Below, piece after piece: positions 1 to 15,000 of a stretch of 64,000 nucleotides of DNA; position 1 is the first letter of the stretch; each line of letters begins with the position of its first letter. The DNA lies in NCBI GenBank assembly GCA_030390025.1, contig JASTWF010000035.1, positions 2,852,001 through 2,916,000 on the forward strand. The letters are read 5' to 3'. This DNA is from Squalus acanthias (taxonomy: Eukaryota). The notes beneath the pieces are model-generated. The model searched no databases and was not told where the DNA came from. It saw only the letters and a program-made list of their open reading frames with translations. Both the position numbers and the translations under genes were made by a program.

Positions 1-3000
1 ATCTGTGTTCACACTGCGGTGTGTGGGATAGTCTGATCTGTGCTCACACTGCGGTGTGTGGGATAGTCTGATCTGTGTTCACACTGCGGTGTGTGGGATA
101 GTCTGATCTGTGTTCACTGCGGTGTGTGGGATAGTCTGATCTGTGTTCACTGCGGTGTGTGGGATAGTCTGATCTGTGTTCACACTGCGGTGTGTGGGAT
201 AGTCTGATCTGTGTTCACACTGCGGTGTGTGGGATAGTCTGATCTGTGTTCACACTGCGGTGTGTGGGATAGTCTGATCTGTGTTCACTGCGGTGTGTGG
301 GATAGTCTGATCTGTGTTCACTGCGGTGTGTGGGATAGTCTGATCTGTGTTCACACTGCGGTGTGTGGGATAGTCTGATCTGTGTTCACTGCGGTGTGTG
401 GGATAGTCTGATCTGTGTTCACACTGCGGTGTGTGGGATAGTCTGATCTGTGTTCACACTGCGGTGTGTGGGATAGTCTGATCTGTGTTCACACTGCGGT
501 GTGTGGGATAGTCTGATCTGTGTTCACACTGCGGTGTGTGGGATAGTCTGATCTGTGTTCACACTGCGGTGTGTGGGATAGTCTGATCTGTGTTCACACT
601 GCGGTGTGTGGGATAGTCTGATCTGTGTTCACACTGCGGTGTGTGGGATAGTCTGATCTGTGTTCACACTGCGGTGTGTGGGATAGTCTGATCTGTGTTC
701 ACACTGCGGTGTGTGGGATAGTCTGATCTGTGTTCACTGCGGTGTGTGGGATAGTCTGATCTGTGTTCACACTGCGGTGTGTGGGATAGTCTGATCTGTG
801 TTCACACTGCGGTGTGTGGGATAGTCTGATCTGTGTTCACACTGCGGTGTGTGGGATAGTCTGATCTGTGTTCACACTGCGGTGTGTGGGATAGTCTGAT
901 CTGTGTTCACTGCGGTGTGTGGGATAGTCTGATCTGTGCTCACACTGCGGTGTGTGGGATAGTCTGATCTGTGTTCACACTGCGGTGTGTGGGATAGTCT
1001 GATCTGTGTTCACTGCGGTGTGTGGGATAGTCTGATCTGTGTTCACACTGCGGTGTGTGGGATAGTCTGATCTGTGTTCACACTGCGGTGTGTGGGATAG
1101 TCTGATCTGTGTTCACACTGCGGTGTGTGGGATAGTCTGATCTGTGTTCACACTGCGGTGTGTGGGATAGTCTGATCTGTGCTCACACTGCGGTGTGTGG
1201 ATAGTCTGATCTGTGTTCACACTGCGGTGTGTGGGATAGTCTGATCTGTGTTCACACTGCGGTGTGTGGGATAGTCTGATCTGTGTCACACTGCGGTGTG
1301 TGGGATAGTCTGATCTGTGTTCACACTGCGGTGTGTGGGATAGTCTGATCTGTGTTCACACTGCGGTGTGTGGGATAGTCTGATCTGTGCTCACACTGCG
1401 GTGTGTGGGATAGTCTGATCTGTGTTCACACTGCGGTGTGTGGATAGTCTGATCTGTGTTCACACTGCGGTGTGTGGGATAGTCTGATCTGTGTTCACAC
1501 TGCGGTGTGTGGGATAGTCTGATCTGTGTTCACACTGCGGTGTGTGGGATAGTCTGATCTGTGTTCACTGCGGTGTGTGGGATAGTCTGATCTGTGTTCA
1601 CACTGCGGTGTGTGGGATAGTCTGATCTGTGTTCACTGCGGTGTGTGGGATAGTCTGATCTGTGTTCACACTGCGGTGTGTGGGATAGTCTGATCTGTGT
1701 TCACACTGCGGTGTGTGGGATAGTCTGATCTGTTCACACTGCGGTGTGTGGGATAGTCTGATCTGTGTTCACTGCGGTGTGTGGGATAGTCTGATCTGTG
1801 TTCACACTGCGGTGTGTGGGATAGTCTGATCTGTGTTCACACTGCGGTGTGTGGGATAGTCTGATCTGTGTTCACACTGCGGTGTGTGGGATAGTCTGAT
1901 CTGTGTTCACTGCGGTGTGTGGGATAGTCTGATCTGTGTTCACACTGCGGTGTGTGGGATAGTCTGATCTGTGTTCACACTGCGGTGTGTGGGATAGTCT
2001 GATCTGTGTTCACTGCGGTGTGTGGGATAGTCTGATCTGTGTTCACTGCGGTGTGTGGGATAGTCTGATCTGTGTTCACACTGCGGTGTGTGGGATAGTC
2101 TGATCTGTGTTCACACTGCGGTGTGTGGGATAGTCTGATCTGTGTTCACACTGCGGTGTGTGGGATAGTCTGATCTGTGTTCACACTGCGGTGTGTGGGA
2201 TAGTCTGATCTGTGTTCACTGCGGTGTGTGGGATAGTCTGATCTGTGTTCACACTGCGGTGTGTGGGATAGTCTGATCTGTGTTCACTGCGGTGTGTGGG
2301 ATAGTCTGATCTGTGTTCACACTGCGGTGTGTGGGATAGTCTGATCTGTGTTCACACTGCGGTGTGTGGGATAGTCTGATCTGTGTTCACTGCGGTGTGT
2401 GGGATAGTCTGATCTGTGTTCACACTGCGGTGTGTGGGATAGTCTGATCTGTGTTCACTGCGGTGTGTGGGATAGTCTGATCTGTTCACACTGCGGTGTG
2501 TGGGATAGTCTGATCTGTGTTCACTGCGGTGTGTGGGATAGTCTGATCTGTGTTCACACTGCGGTGTGTGGGATAGTCTGATCTGTGTTCACTGCGGTGT
2601 GTGGGATAGTCTGATCTGTGTTCACACTGCGGTGTGTGGGATAGTCCTGATCTGTGTTCACACTGCGGTGTGTGGATAGTCTGATCTGTGTTCACAACTG
2701 CGGTTGTGTGGGATAGTCTGATCTGTGTTCACACTGCGGTGTGTGGGATAGACTGATCTGTGATCACACTGCGGTGTGTGGGATAGCTCTGATCTGTGCT
2801 TCACACTGCGGCTGTGTGGATAGTCTGATCTGTGTTCACACTGCGGTGTGTGGGATAGTCTGATCTGTGCTCACACTGCGGTGTGTGGATAGTCTGATCT
2901 GTGTTCACACTGCGGTGTGTGGGATAGTCTGATCTGTGTCACACTGCGGGTGTGTGGGATAGTCTGATCTGTGTTCACTGCGGTGTGTGGATAGTCTGAT

Positions 3001-6000
3001 CTGTGTTCACACTGCGGTGTGTGGGATAGTCTGATCTGTGTTCACTGCGGTAGTGTGGGATAGTCTGATCTGTGTTCACACTGCGGTGTGTGGGATAGTC
3101 TGATCTGTGCTCACACTGCGGTGTGTGGGATAGTCTGATCTGTTCACACTGCGGTGTGTGGGATAGTCTGATCTGTGTTCACTGCGGTGTGTGGGATAGT
3201 CTGATCTGTGTTCACACTGCGGTGTGTGGGATAGTCTGATCTGTGCTCACACTGCGGTGTGTGGGATAGTCTGATCTGTGTTCACACTGCGGTGTGTGGG
3301 ATAGTCTGATCTGTGCTCACACTGCGGTGTGTGGGATAGTCTGATCTGTGTTCACACTGCGGTGTGTGGGATAGTCTGATCTGTGTTCACACTGCGGTGT
3401 GTGGGATAGTCTGATCTGTGTTCACACTGCGGTGTGTGGGATAGTCTGATCTGTGTTCACTGCGGTGTGTGGGATAGTCTGATCTGTGTTCACACTGCGG
3501 TGTGTGGGATAGTCTGATCTGTGTTCACACTGCGGTGTGTGGGATAGTCTGATCTGTGTTCACTGCGGTGTGTGGGATAGTCTGATCTGTGCTCACACTG
3601 CGGTGTGTGGGATAGTCTGATCTGTGTTCACACTGCGGTGTGTGGGATAGTCTGATCTGTGTTCACACTGCGGTGTGTGGGATAGTCTGATCTGTGTTCA
3701 CACTGCGGTGTGTGGGATAGTCTGATCTGTGTTCACTGCGGTGTGTGGGATAGTCTGATCTGTGTTCACACTGCGGTGTGTGGGATAGTCTGATCTGTGT
3801 TCACACTGCGGTGTGTGGGATAGTCTGATCTGTGTTCACACTGCGGTGTGTGGGATAGTCTGATCTGTGTTCACTGCGGTGTGTGGGATAGTCTGATCTG
3901 TGCTCACACTGCGGTGTGTGGGATAGTCTGATCTGTGTTCACACTGCGGTGTGTGGGATAGTCTGATCTGTGTTCACTGCGGTGTGTGGGATAGTCTGAT
4001 CTGTGTTCACACTGCGGTGTGTGGGATAGTCTGATCTGTGTTCACACTGCGGTGTGTGGGATAGTCTGATCTGTGTTCACACTGCGGTGTGTGGGATAGT
4101 CTGATCTGTGTTCACACTGCGGTGTGTGGGATAGTCTGATCTGTGTTCACACTGCGGTGTGTGGGATAGTCTGATCTGTGTTCACTGCGGTGTGTGGGAT
4201 AGTCTGATCTGTGTTCACACTGCGGTGTGTGGGATAGTCTGATCTGTGTTCACACTGCGGTGTGTGGGATAGTCTGATCTGTGTTCACCTGCGGTGTGTG
4301 GGATAGTCTGATCTGTGTTCACCTGCGGTGTGTGGGATAGTCTGATCTGTGTTCACACTGCGGTGTGTGGGATAGTCTGATCTGTGTTCACACTGCGGTG
4401 TGTGGGATAGTCTGATCTGTGTTCACTGCGGTGTGTGGGATAGTCTGATCTGTGTTCACACTGCGGTGTGTGGGATAGTCTGATCTGTGTTCACTGCGGT
4501 GTGTGGGATAGTCTGATCTGTGTTCACACTGCGGTGTGTGGGATAGTCTGATCTGTGTCACACTGCGGTGTGTGGGATAGTCTGATCTGTGTTCACACTG
4601 CGGTGTGTGGGATAGTCTGATCTGTGTTCACACTGCGGTGTGTGGGATAGTCTGATCTGTGTTCACACTGCGGTGTGTGGGATAGTCTGATCTGTGTTCA
4701 CACTGCGGTGTGTGGGATAGTCTGATCTGTGTTCACACTGCGGTGTGTGGGATAGTCTGATCTGTGTTCACACTGCGGTGTGTGGGATAGTCTGATCTGT
4801 GTTCACACTGCGGTGTGTGGGATAGTCTGATCTGTGTTCACACTGCGGTGTGTGGGATAGTCTGATCTGTGCTTCACACTGCGGTGTGTGGGATAGTCTG
4901 ATCTGTGTTCACTGCGGTGTGTGGGATAGTCTGATCTGTGTTCACACTGCGGTGTGTGGGATAGTCTGATCTGTGTTCACACTGCGGTGTGTGGGATAGT
5001 CTGATCTGTGTTCACACTGCGGTGTGTGGGATAGTCTGATCTGTGTTCACACTGCGGTGTGTGGGATAGTCTGATCTGTGTTCACACTGCGGTGTGTGGG
5101 ATAGTCTGATCTGTGTTCACACTGCGGTGTGTGGGATAGTCTGATCTGTGTTCACACTGCGGTGTGTGGATAGTCTGATCTGTGTTCACACTGCGGTGTG
5201 TGGGATAGTCTGATCTGTGTTCACTGCGGTGTGTGGGATAGTCTGATCTGTGTTCACACTGCGGTGTGTGGGATAGTCTGATCTGTGTTCACTGCGGTGT
5301 GTGGGATAGTCTGATCTGTGTTCACACTGCGGTGTGTGGGATAGTCTGATCTGTGTTCACTGCGGTGTGTGGGATAGTCTGATCTGTGTTCACACTGCGG
5401 TGTGTGGGATAGTCTGATCTGTGTTCACTGCGGTGTGTGGGATAGTCTGATCTGTGTTCACACTGCGGTGTGTGGGATAGTCTGATCTGTGTTCACTGCG
5501 GTGTGTGGGATAGTCTGATCTGTGTTCACACTGCGGTGTGTGGGATAGTCTGATCTGTGTTCACACTGCGGTGTGTGGGATAGTCTGATCTGTGTTCACT
5601 GCGGTGTGTGGGATAGTCTGATCTGTGTTCACACTGCGGTGTGTGGAATAGTCTGATCTGTGTTCACACTGCGGTGTGTGGGATAGTCTGATCTGTGTTC
5701 ACTGCGGTGTGTGGGATAGTCTGATCTGTGTTCACACTGCGGTGTGTGGGATAGTCTGATCTGTGTTCACACTGCGGTGTGTGGATAGTCTGATCTGTGC
5801 TCACACTGCGGTGTGTGGGATAGTCTGATCTGTGTTCACACTGCGGTGTGTGGGATAGTCTGATCTGTGTTCACACTGCGGTGTGTGGGATAGTCTGATC
5901 TGTGTTCACTGCGGTGTGTGGGATAGTCTGATCTGTGTTCACACTGCGGTGTGTGGGATAGTCTGATCTGTGCTCACACTGCGGTGTGTGGGATAGTCTG

Positions 6001-9000
6001 ATCTGTGTTCACACTGCGGTGTGTGGGATAGTCTGATCTGTGTTCACACTGCGGTGTGTGGGATAGTCTGATCTGTGTTCACACTGCGGTGTGTGGGATA
6101 GTCTGATCTGTGTTCACTGCGGTGTGTGGGATAGTCTGATCTGTGTTCACTGCGGTGTGTGGGATAGTCTGATCTGTGCTCACACTGCGGTGTGTGGGAT
6201 AGTCTGATCTGTGTTCACACTGCGGTGTGTGGGATAGTCTGATCTGTGTTCACACTGCGGTGTGTGGGATAGTCTGATCTGTGCTCACACTGCGGTGTGT
6301 GGGATAGTCTGATCTGTGTTCACACTGCGGTGTGTGGGATAGTCTGATCTGTGTTCACACTGCGGTGTGTGGGATAGTCTGATCTGTGTTCACACTGCGG
6401 TGTGTGGGATAGTCTGATCTGTGTTCACACTGCGGTGTGTGGGATAGTCTGATCTGTGTTCACTGCGGTGTGTGGGATAGTCTGATCTGTGTTCACTGCG
6501 GTGTGTGGGATAGTCTGATCTGTGCTCACACTGCGGTGTGTGGGATAGTCTGATCTGTGTTCACTGCGGTGTGTGGGATAGTCTGATCTGTGTTCACACT
6601 GCGGTGTGTGGGATAGTCTGATCTGTGTTCACTGCGGTGTGTGGGATAGTCTGATCTGTGTTCACACTGCGGTGTGTGGGATAGTCTGATCTGTGTTCAC
6701 ACTGCGGTGTGTGGGATAGTCTGATCTGTGTTCACAACTGCGGTGTGTGGGATAGTCTGATCTGTGCTCACACTGCGGTGTGTGGGATAGTCTGATCTGT
6801 GCTCACACTGCGGTGTGTGGGATAGTCTGATCTGTGTTCACACTGCGGTGTGTGGGATAGTCTGATCTGTGTTCACACTGCGGTGTGTGGGATAGTCTGA
6901 TCTGTGTTCACACTGCGGTGTGTGGGATAGTCTGATCTGTGTTCACTGCGGTGTGTGGGATAGTCTGATCTGTGTTCACACTGCGGTGTGTGGGATAGTC
7001 TGATCTGTGTTCACACTGCGGTGTGTGGGATAGTCTGATCTGTGTTCACTGCGGTGTGTGGGATAGTCTGATCTGTGTTCACACTGCGGTGTGTGGGATA
7101 GTCTGATCTGTGTTCACACTGCGGTGTGTGGGATAGTCTGATCTGTGTTCACTGCGGTGTGTGGGATAGTCTGATCTGTGTTCACACTGCGGTGTGTGGG
7201 ATAGTCTGATCTGTGTTCACATGCGGTGTGTGGGATAGTCTGATCTGTGTTCACACTGCGGTGTGTGGGATAGTCTGATCTGTGTTCACACTGCGGTGTG
7301 TGGGATAGTCTGATCTGTGTTCACACTGCGGTGTGTGGGATAGTCTGATCTGTGTTCACACTGCGGTGTGTGGGATAGTCTGATCTGTGTTCACACTGCG
7401 GTGTGTGGGATAGTCTGATCTGTGTTCACTGCGGTGTGTGGGATAGTCTGATCTGTGTTCACACTGCGGTGTGTGGGATAGTCTGATCTGTGTTCACTGC
7501 GGTGTGTGGGATAGTCTGATCTGTGTTCACACTGCGGTGTGTGGGATAGTCTGATCTGTGCTCACACTGCGGTGTGTGGGATAGTCTGATCTGTGTTCAC
7601 CTGCGGTGTGTGGGATAGTCTGATCTGTGTTCACACTGCGGTGTGTGGATAGTCTGATCTGTGTTCACTGCGGTGTGTGGGATAGTCTGATCTGTGTTCA
7701 CACTGCGGTGTGTGGGATAGTCTGATCTGTGTTCACACTGCGGTGTGTGGGATAGTCTGATCTGTGTTCACACTGCGGTGTGTGGGATAGTCTGATCTGT
7801 GTTCACACTGCGGTGTGTGGGATAGTCTGATCTGTGTTCACACTGCGGTGTGTGGGATAGTCTGATCTGTGTTCACTGCGGTGTGTGGGATAGTCTGATC
7901 TGTGTTCACTGCGGTGTGTGGGATAGTCTGATCTGTGTTCACACTGCGGTGTGTGGGATAGTCTGATCTGTGTTCACACTGCGGTGTGTGGGATAGTCTG
8001 ATCTGTGTTCACACTGCGGTGTGTGGGATAGTCTGATCTGTGTTCACACTGCGGTGTGTGGGATAGTCTGATCTGTGTTCACACTGCGGTGTGTGGGATA
8101 GTCTGATCTGTGTTCACTGCGGTGTGTGGGATAGTCTGATCTGTGTTCACACTGCGGTGTGTGGGATAGTCTGATCTGTGTTCACACTGCGGTGTGTGGG
8201 ATAGTCTGATCTGTGTTCACACTGCGGTGTGTGGGATAGTCTGATCTGTGTTCACACTGCGGTGTGTGGGATAGTCTGATCTGTGTTCACACTGCGGTGT
8301 GTGGGATAGTCTGATCTGTGTCACACTGCGGTGTGTGGGATAGTCTGATCTGTGTTCACACTGCGGTGTGTGGGATAGTCTGATCTGTGTTCACACTGCG
8401 GTGTGTGGGATAGTCTGATCTGTGTTCACACTGCGGTGTGTGGGATAGTCTGATCTGTGCTTCACTGCGGTGTGTGGGATAGTCTGATCTGTGCTCACTG
8501 CGGTGTGTGGGATAGTCTGATCTGTGTTCACACTGCGGTGTGTGGGATAGTCTGATCTGTGTTCACACTGCGGTGTGTGGGATAGTCTGATCTGTGTTCA
8601 CACTGCGGTGTGTGGGGATAGTCTGATCTGTGCTCACACTGCGGTGTGTGGGATAGTCTGATCTGTGTTCACTGCGGTGTGTGGGATAGTCTGATCTGTG
8701 TTCACACTGCGGTGTGTGGGATAGTCTGATCTGTGTCACTGCGGTGTGTGGGATAGTCTGATCTGTGTTCACACTGCGGTGTGTGGGATAGTCTGATCTG
8801 TGTTCACACTGCGGTGTGTGGGGATAGTCCTGATCTGTGCTCACACTGCGGTGTGTGGGATAGTCTGATCTGTGTTCACTGCGGTGTGTGGGATAGTCTG
8901 ATCTGTGTTCACACTGCGTGTGTGGAATAGTCTGATCTGTGCTTCACACTGCGGTGTGTGGGATAGTCTGATCTGTGCTTCACACTGCGGTGTGTGGGAT

Positions 9001-12000
9001 AGTCTGATCTGTGTTCACACTGCGGTGTGTGGGATAGTCTGATCTGTGTTCACACTGCGGTGTGTGGGATAGTCTGATCTGTGTTCACACTGCGGTGTGT
9101 GGGATAGTCTGATCTGTGTTCACACTGCGGTGTGTGGGATAGTCTGATCTGTGTTCACTGCGGTGTGTGGGATAGTCTGATCTGTGTTCACACTGCGGTG
9201 TGTGGGATAGTCTGATCTGTGTTCACACTGCGGTGTGTGGGATAGTCTGATCTGTGTTCACACTGCGGTGTGTGGGATAGTCTGATCTGTGTTCACTGCG
9301 GTGTGTGGGATAGTCTGATCTGTGTTCACACTGCGGTGTGTGGGATAGTCTGATCTGTGTTCACACTGCGGTGTGTGGGATAGTCTGATCTGTGTTCACA
9401 CTGCGGTGTGTGGGATAGTCTGATCTGTGTTCACACTGCGGTGTGTGGGATAGTCTGATCTGTGTTCACACTGCGGTGTGTGGGATAGTCTGATCTGTGT
9501 TCACTGCGGTGTGTGGGATAGTCTGATCTGTGTTCACACTGCGGTGTGTGGGATAGTCTGATCTGTGTTCACACTGCGGTGTGTGGGATAGTCTGATCTG
9601 TGTTCACACTGCGGTGTGTGGGATAGTCTGATCTGTGTTCACACTGCGGTGTGTGGGATAGTCTGATCTGTGTTCACACTGCGGTGTGTGGGATAGTCTG
9701 ATCTGTGTTCACTGCGGTGTGTGGGATAGTCTGATCTGTGTTCACACTGCGGTGTGTGGGATAGTCTGATCTGTGTTCACACTGCGGTGTGTGGGATAGT
9801 CTGATCTGTGTTCACTGCGGTGTGTGGGATAGTCTGATCTGTGTTCACACTGCGGTGTGTGGGATAGTCTGATCTGTGTTCACTGCGGTGTGTGGGATAG
9901 TCTGATCTGTGTTCACACTGCGGTGTGTGGGATAGTCTGATCTGTGTTCACACTGCGGTGTGTGGGATAGTCTGATCTGTGTTCACACTGCGGTGTGTGG
10001 GATAGTCTGATCTGTGTTCACACTGCGGTGTGTGGGATAGTCTGATCTGTGTTCACTGCGGTGTGTGGGATAGTCTGATCTGTGTTCACACTGCGGTGTG
10101 TGGGATAGTCTGATCTGTGTTCACACTGCGGTGTGTGGGATAGTCTGATCTGTGTTCACACTGCGGTGTGTGGGATAGTCTGATCTGTGTTCACTGCGGT
10201 GTGTGGGATAGTCTGATCTGTGTTCACACTGCGGTGTGTGGGATAGTCTGATCTGTGTTCACTGCGGTGTGTGGGATAGTCTGATCTGTGTTCACACTGC
10301 GGTGTGTGGGATAGTCTGATCTGTGTTCACTGCGGTGTGTGGGATAGTCTGATCTGTGTTCACACTGCGGTTGTGTGGGATAGTCTGATCTGTGTTCACA
10401 CTGCGGTGTGTGGGATAGTCTGATCTGTGTTCACACTGCGGTGTGTGGGATAGTCTGATCTGTGTTCACACTGCGGTGTGTGGGATAGTCTGATCTGTGC
10501 TCACACTGCGGTGTCTGTGGGATAGTCTGATCTGTGTTCACACTGCGGTGTGTGGGATAGTCTGATCTGTGCTTCACACTGCGGTGTGTGGATAGTCTGA
10601 TCTGTGTTCACACTGCGGTGTGTGGGATAGTCTGATCTGTGTTCACTGCGGTGTGTGGGATAGTCTGATCTGTGTTCACACTGCGGTGTGTGGGATAGTC
10701 TGATCTCTGCTCACACTGTGTGTGGGATAGTCTGATCTGTGTTCACTGTGTGTGGGATAGTCTGATCTGTGTTCACACTGCGGTGTGTGGGATAGTCTGA
10801 TCTCTGCTCACTGTGTGTGGGATAGTCTGATCTGTGTTCACACTGCGGTGTGTGGGATAGTCTGATCTGTGTTCACACTGCGGTGTGTGGGATAGTCTGA
10901 TCTCTGCTCACACTGTGTGTGGGATAGTCTGATCTGTGTTCACTGCGGTGTGTGGGATAGTCTGATCTGTGTTCACTGCGGTGTGTGGGATAGTCTGATC
11001 TGTGTTCACACTGCGGTGTGTGGGATAGTCTGATCTGTGTTCACACTGCGGTGTGTGGGATAGTCTGATCTGTGTTCACACTGCGGTGTGTGGGATAGTC
11101 TGATCTGTGTTCACTGCGGTGTGTGGGATAGTCTGATCTGTGTTCACACTGCGGTGTGTGGGATAGTCTGATCTGTGTTCACACTGCGGTGTGTGGGATA
11201 GTCTGATCTGTGTCACACTGCGGTGTGTGGGATAGTCTGATCTGTGTTCACTGCGGTGTGTGGGATAGTCTGATCTGTGTTCACACTGCGGTGTGTGGGA
11301 TAGTCTGATCTGTGTTCCACTGCGGTGTGTGGGATAGTCTGATCTGTGTTCACACTGCGGTGTGTGGGATAGTCTGATCTGTGTTCACTGCGGTGTGTGG
11401 GATAGTCTGATCTGTGTTCACACTGCGGTGTGTGGGATAGTCTGATCTGTGTTCACTGCGGTGTGTGGGATAGTCTGATCTGTGTTCACACTGCGGTGTG
11501 TGGGATAGTCTGATCTGTGTTCACACTGCGGTGTGTGGGATAGTCTGATCTGTGTTCACACTGCGGTGTGTGGGATAGTCTGATCTGTGTTCACTGCGGT
11601 GTGTGGGATAGTCTGATCTGTGTCTCACACTGCGGTGTGTGGGATAGTCTGATCTGTGTTCACACTGCGGTGTGTGGGATAGTCTGATCTGTGTTCACAC
11701 TGCGGTGTGTGGGATAGTCTGATCTGTGTTCACACTGCGGTGTGTGGATAGTCTGATCTGTGTTCACACTGCGGTGTGTGGGATAGTCTGATCTGTGTTC
11801 ACTGCGGTGTGTGGGATAGTCTGATCTGTGTTCACACTGCGGTGTGTGGAATAGTCTGATCTGTGTTCACTGCGGTGTGTGGGATAGTCTGATCTGTGTT
11901 CACACTGCGGTGTGTGGGATAGTCTGATCTGTGCTCACACTGCGGTGTGTGGGATAGTCTGATCTGTGTTCACACTGCGGTGTGTGGATAGTCTGATCTG

Positions 12001-15000
12001 TGTTCACACTGCGGTGTGTGGGATAGTCTGATCTGTGTTCACTGCGGTGTGTGGGATAGTCTGATCTGTGTTCACACTGCGGTGTGTGGATAGTCTGATC
12101 TGTGTCACACTGCGGTGTGTGGGATAGTCTGATCTGTGTTCACACTGCGGTGTGTGGGATAGTCTGATCTGTGTTCACACTGCGGTGTGTGGGATAGTCT
12201 GATCTGTGTTCACACTGCGGTGTGTGGGATAGTCTGATCTGTGTTCACACTGCGGTGTGTGGGATAGTCTGATCTGTGTTCACACTGCGGTGTGTGGGAT
12301 AGTCTGATCTGTGTTCACACTGCGGTGTGTGGGATAGTCTGATCTGTGTTCACACTGCGGTGTGTGGGATAGTCTGATCTGTGCTCACACTGCGGTGTGG
12401 TGGGATAGTCTGATCTGTGTTCACACTGCGGTGTGTGGGATAGTCTGATCTGTGTTCACACTGCGGTGTGTGGGATAGTCTGATCTGTGTTCACTGCGGT
12501 GTGTGGGATAGTCTGATCTGTGTTCACACTGCGGTGTGTGGGATAGTCTGATCTGTGTTCACACTGCGGTGTGTGGGATAGTCTGATCTGTGTTCACACT
12601 GCGGTGTGTGGGATAGTCTGATCTGTGTTCACACTGCGGTGTGTGGGATAGTCTGATCTGTGTTCACACTGCGGTGTGTGGGATAGTCTGATCTGTGTTC
12701 ACACTGCGGTGTGTGGGATAGTCTGATCTGTGCTCACACTGCGGTGTGTGGGATAGTCTGATCTGTGTTCACACTGCGGTGTGTGGGATAGTCTGATCTG
12801 TGTTCTCACTGCGGTGTGTGGGATAGTCTGATCTGTGTTCACACTGCGGTGTGTGGGATAGTCTGATCTGTGTTCACACTGCGGTGTGTGGGATAGTCTG
12901 ATCTGTGTTCACTGCGGTGTGTGGGATAGTCTGATCTGTGTCTCACACTGCGGTGTGTGGGATAGTCTGATCTGTGTTCACACTGCGGTGTGTGGGATAG
13001 TCTGATCTGTGTTCACACTGCGGTGTGTGGGATAGTCTGATCTGTGTCACACTGCGGTGTGTGGGATAGTCTGATCTGTGTCTCACTGCGGTGTGTGGGA
13101 TAGTCTGATCTGTGTTCACTGCGGTGTGTGGGATAGTCTGATCTGTGTTCACACTGCGGTGTGTGGGATAGTCTGATCTGTGCTTCACACTGCGGTGTGT
13201 GGGATAGTCTGATCTGTGTTCACACTGCGGTGTGTGGGATAGTCTGATCTGTGCTCACACTGCGGTGTGTGGGATAGTCTGATCTGTGTTCACACTGCGG
13301 TGTGTGGGATAGTCTGATCTGTGTTCACACTGCGGTGTGTGGGATAGTCTGATCTGTGTTCACACTGCGGTGTGTGGGATAGTCTGATCTGTGTTCACAC
13401 TGCGGTGTGTGTGGATAGTCTGATCTGTGTTCACACTGCGGTGTGTGGATAGTCTGATCTGTGTTCACTGCGGTGTGTGGGATAGTCTGATCTGTGTTCA
13501 CACTGCGGTGTGTGGGATAGTCTGATCTGTGTTCACACTGCGGTGTGTGGGATAGTCTGATCTGTGTTCACACTGCGGTGTGTGGGATAGTCTGATCTGT
13601 GTTCACTGCGGTGTGTGGGATAGTCTGATCTGTGCTCAGCACTGCGGTGTGTGGGATAGTCTGATCTGTGTTCACACTGCGGTGTGTGGGATAGTCTGAT
13701 CTGTGTTCACTGCGGTGTGTGGGATAGTCTGATCTGTGTTCACACTGCGGTGTGTGGATAGTCTGATCTGTGTTCACTGCGGTGTGTGGGATAGTCTGAT
13801 CTGTGTTCACACTGCGGTGTGTGGGATAGTCTGATCTGTGTTCACACTGCGGTGTGTGGGATAGTCTGATCTGTGCTCACACTGCGGTGTGTGGGATAGT
13901 CTGATCTGTGTTCCACTGCGGTGTGTGGGATAGTCTGATCTGTGTTCACACTGCGGTGTGTGGGATAGTCTGATCTGTGTTCACACTGCGGTGTGTGGGA
14001 TAGTCTGATCTGTGTTCACACTGCGGTGTGTGGGATAGTCTGATCTGTGTTCACACTGCGGTGTGTGGGATAGTCTGATCTGTGTTCACACTGCGGTGTG
14101 TGGGATAGTCTGATCTGTGTTCACACTGCGGTGTGTGGATAGTCTGATCTGTGTTCACACTGCGGTGTGTGGGATAGTCTGATCTGTGTTCACACTGCGG
14201 TGTGTGGGATAGTCCTGATCTGTGTTCACACTGCGGTGTGTGGGATAGTCTGATCTGTGTTCACACTGCGGCTGTGTGGGATAGTCTGATCTGTGCTCAC
14301 ACTGCGGTGTGGGATAGTCTGATCTGTGTTCACACTGCGGTGTGTGGATAGTCTGATCTGTGTTCACACTGCGGTGTGTGGGATAGTCTGATCTGTGTTC
14401 ACACTGCGGTGTGTGGGATAGTCTGATCTGTGTTCACACTGCGGTGTGTGGGATAGTCTGATCTGTGCTCCACACTGCGGTGTGTGGGATAGTCTGATCT
14501 GTGCTTCACACTGCGGTGTGTGGGATAGTCTGATCTGTGTTCACTGCGGTGTGTGGGATAGTCTGATCTGTGCTTCACACTGCGGTGTGTGGGATAGTCT
14601 GATCTGTGTTCACTGCGGTGTGTGGATAGTCTGATCTGTGTTCACACTGCGGTGTGTGGGATAGTCTGATCTGTGTTCCACTGCGGTGTGTGGATAGTCT
14701 GATCTGTGTTCACTGCGGTGTGTGGGATAGTCTGATCTGTGTTCACACTGCGGTGTGTGGGATAGTCTGATCTGTGTTCACACTGCGGTGTGTGGGATAG
14801 TCTGATCTGTGTTCACACTGCGGTGTGTGGGATAGTCTGATCTGTGTTCACTGCGGTGTGTGGGATAGTCTGATCTGTGTTCACACTGCGGTGTGTGGGA
14901 TAGTCTGATCTGTGTTCACTGCGGTGTGTGGGATAGTCTGATCTGTGTTCACACTGCGGTGTGTGGGATAGTCTGATCTGTGTTCACTGCGGTGTGTGGG

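Noticed and set aside
10700..10925. RSS heptamers (CACTGTG) in satellite variants, and CACTGCG in every unit
   Set aside because: No nonamer at the proper spacing. Explained by a local 4-bp deletion.
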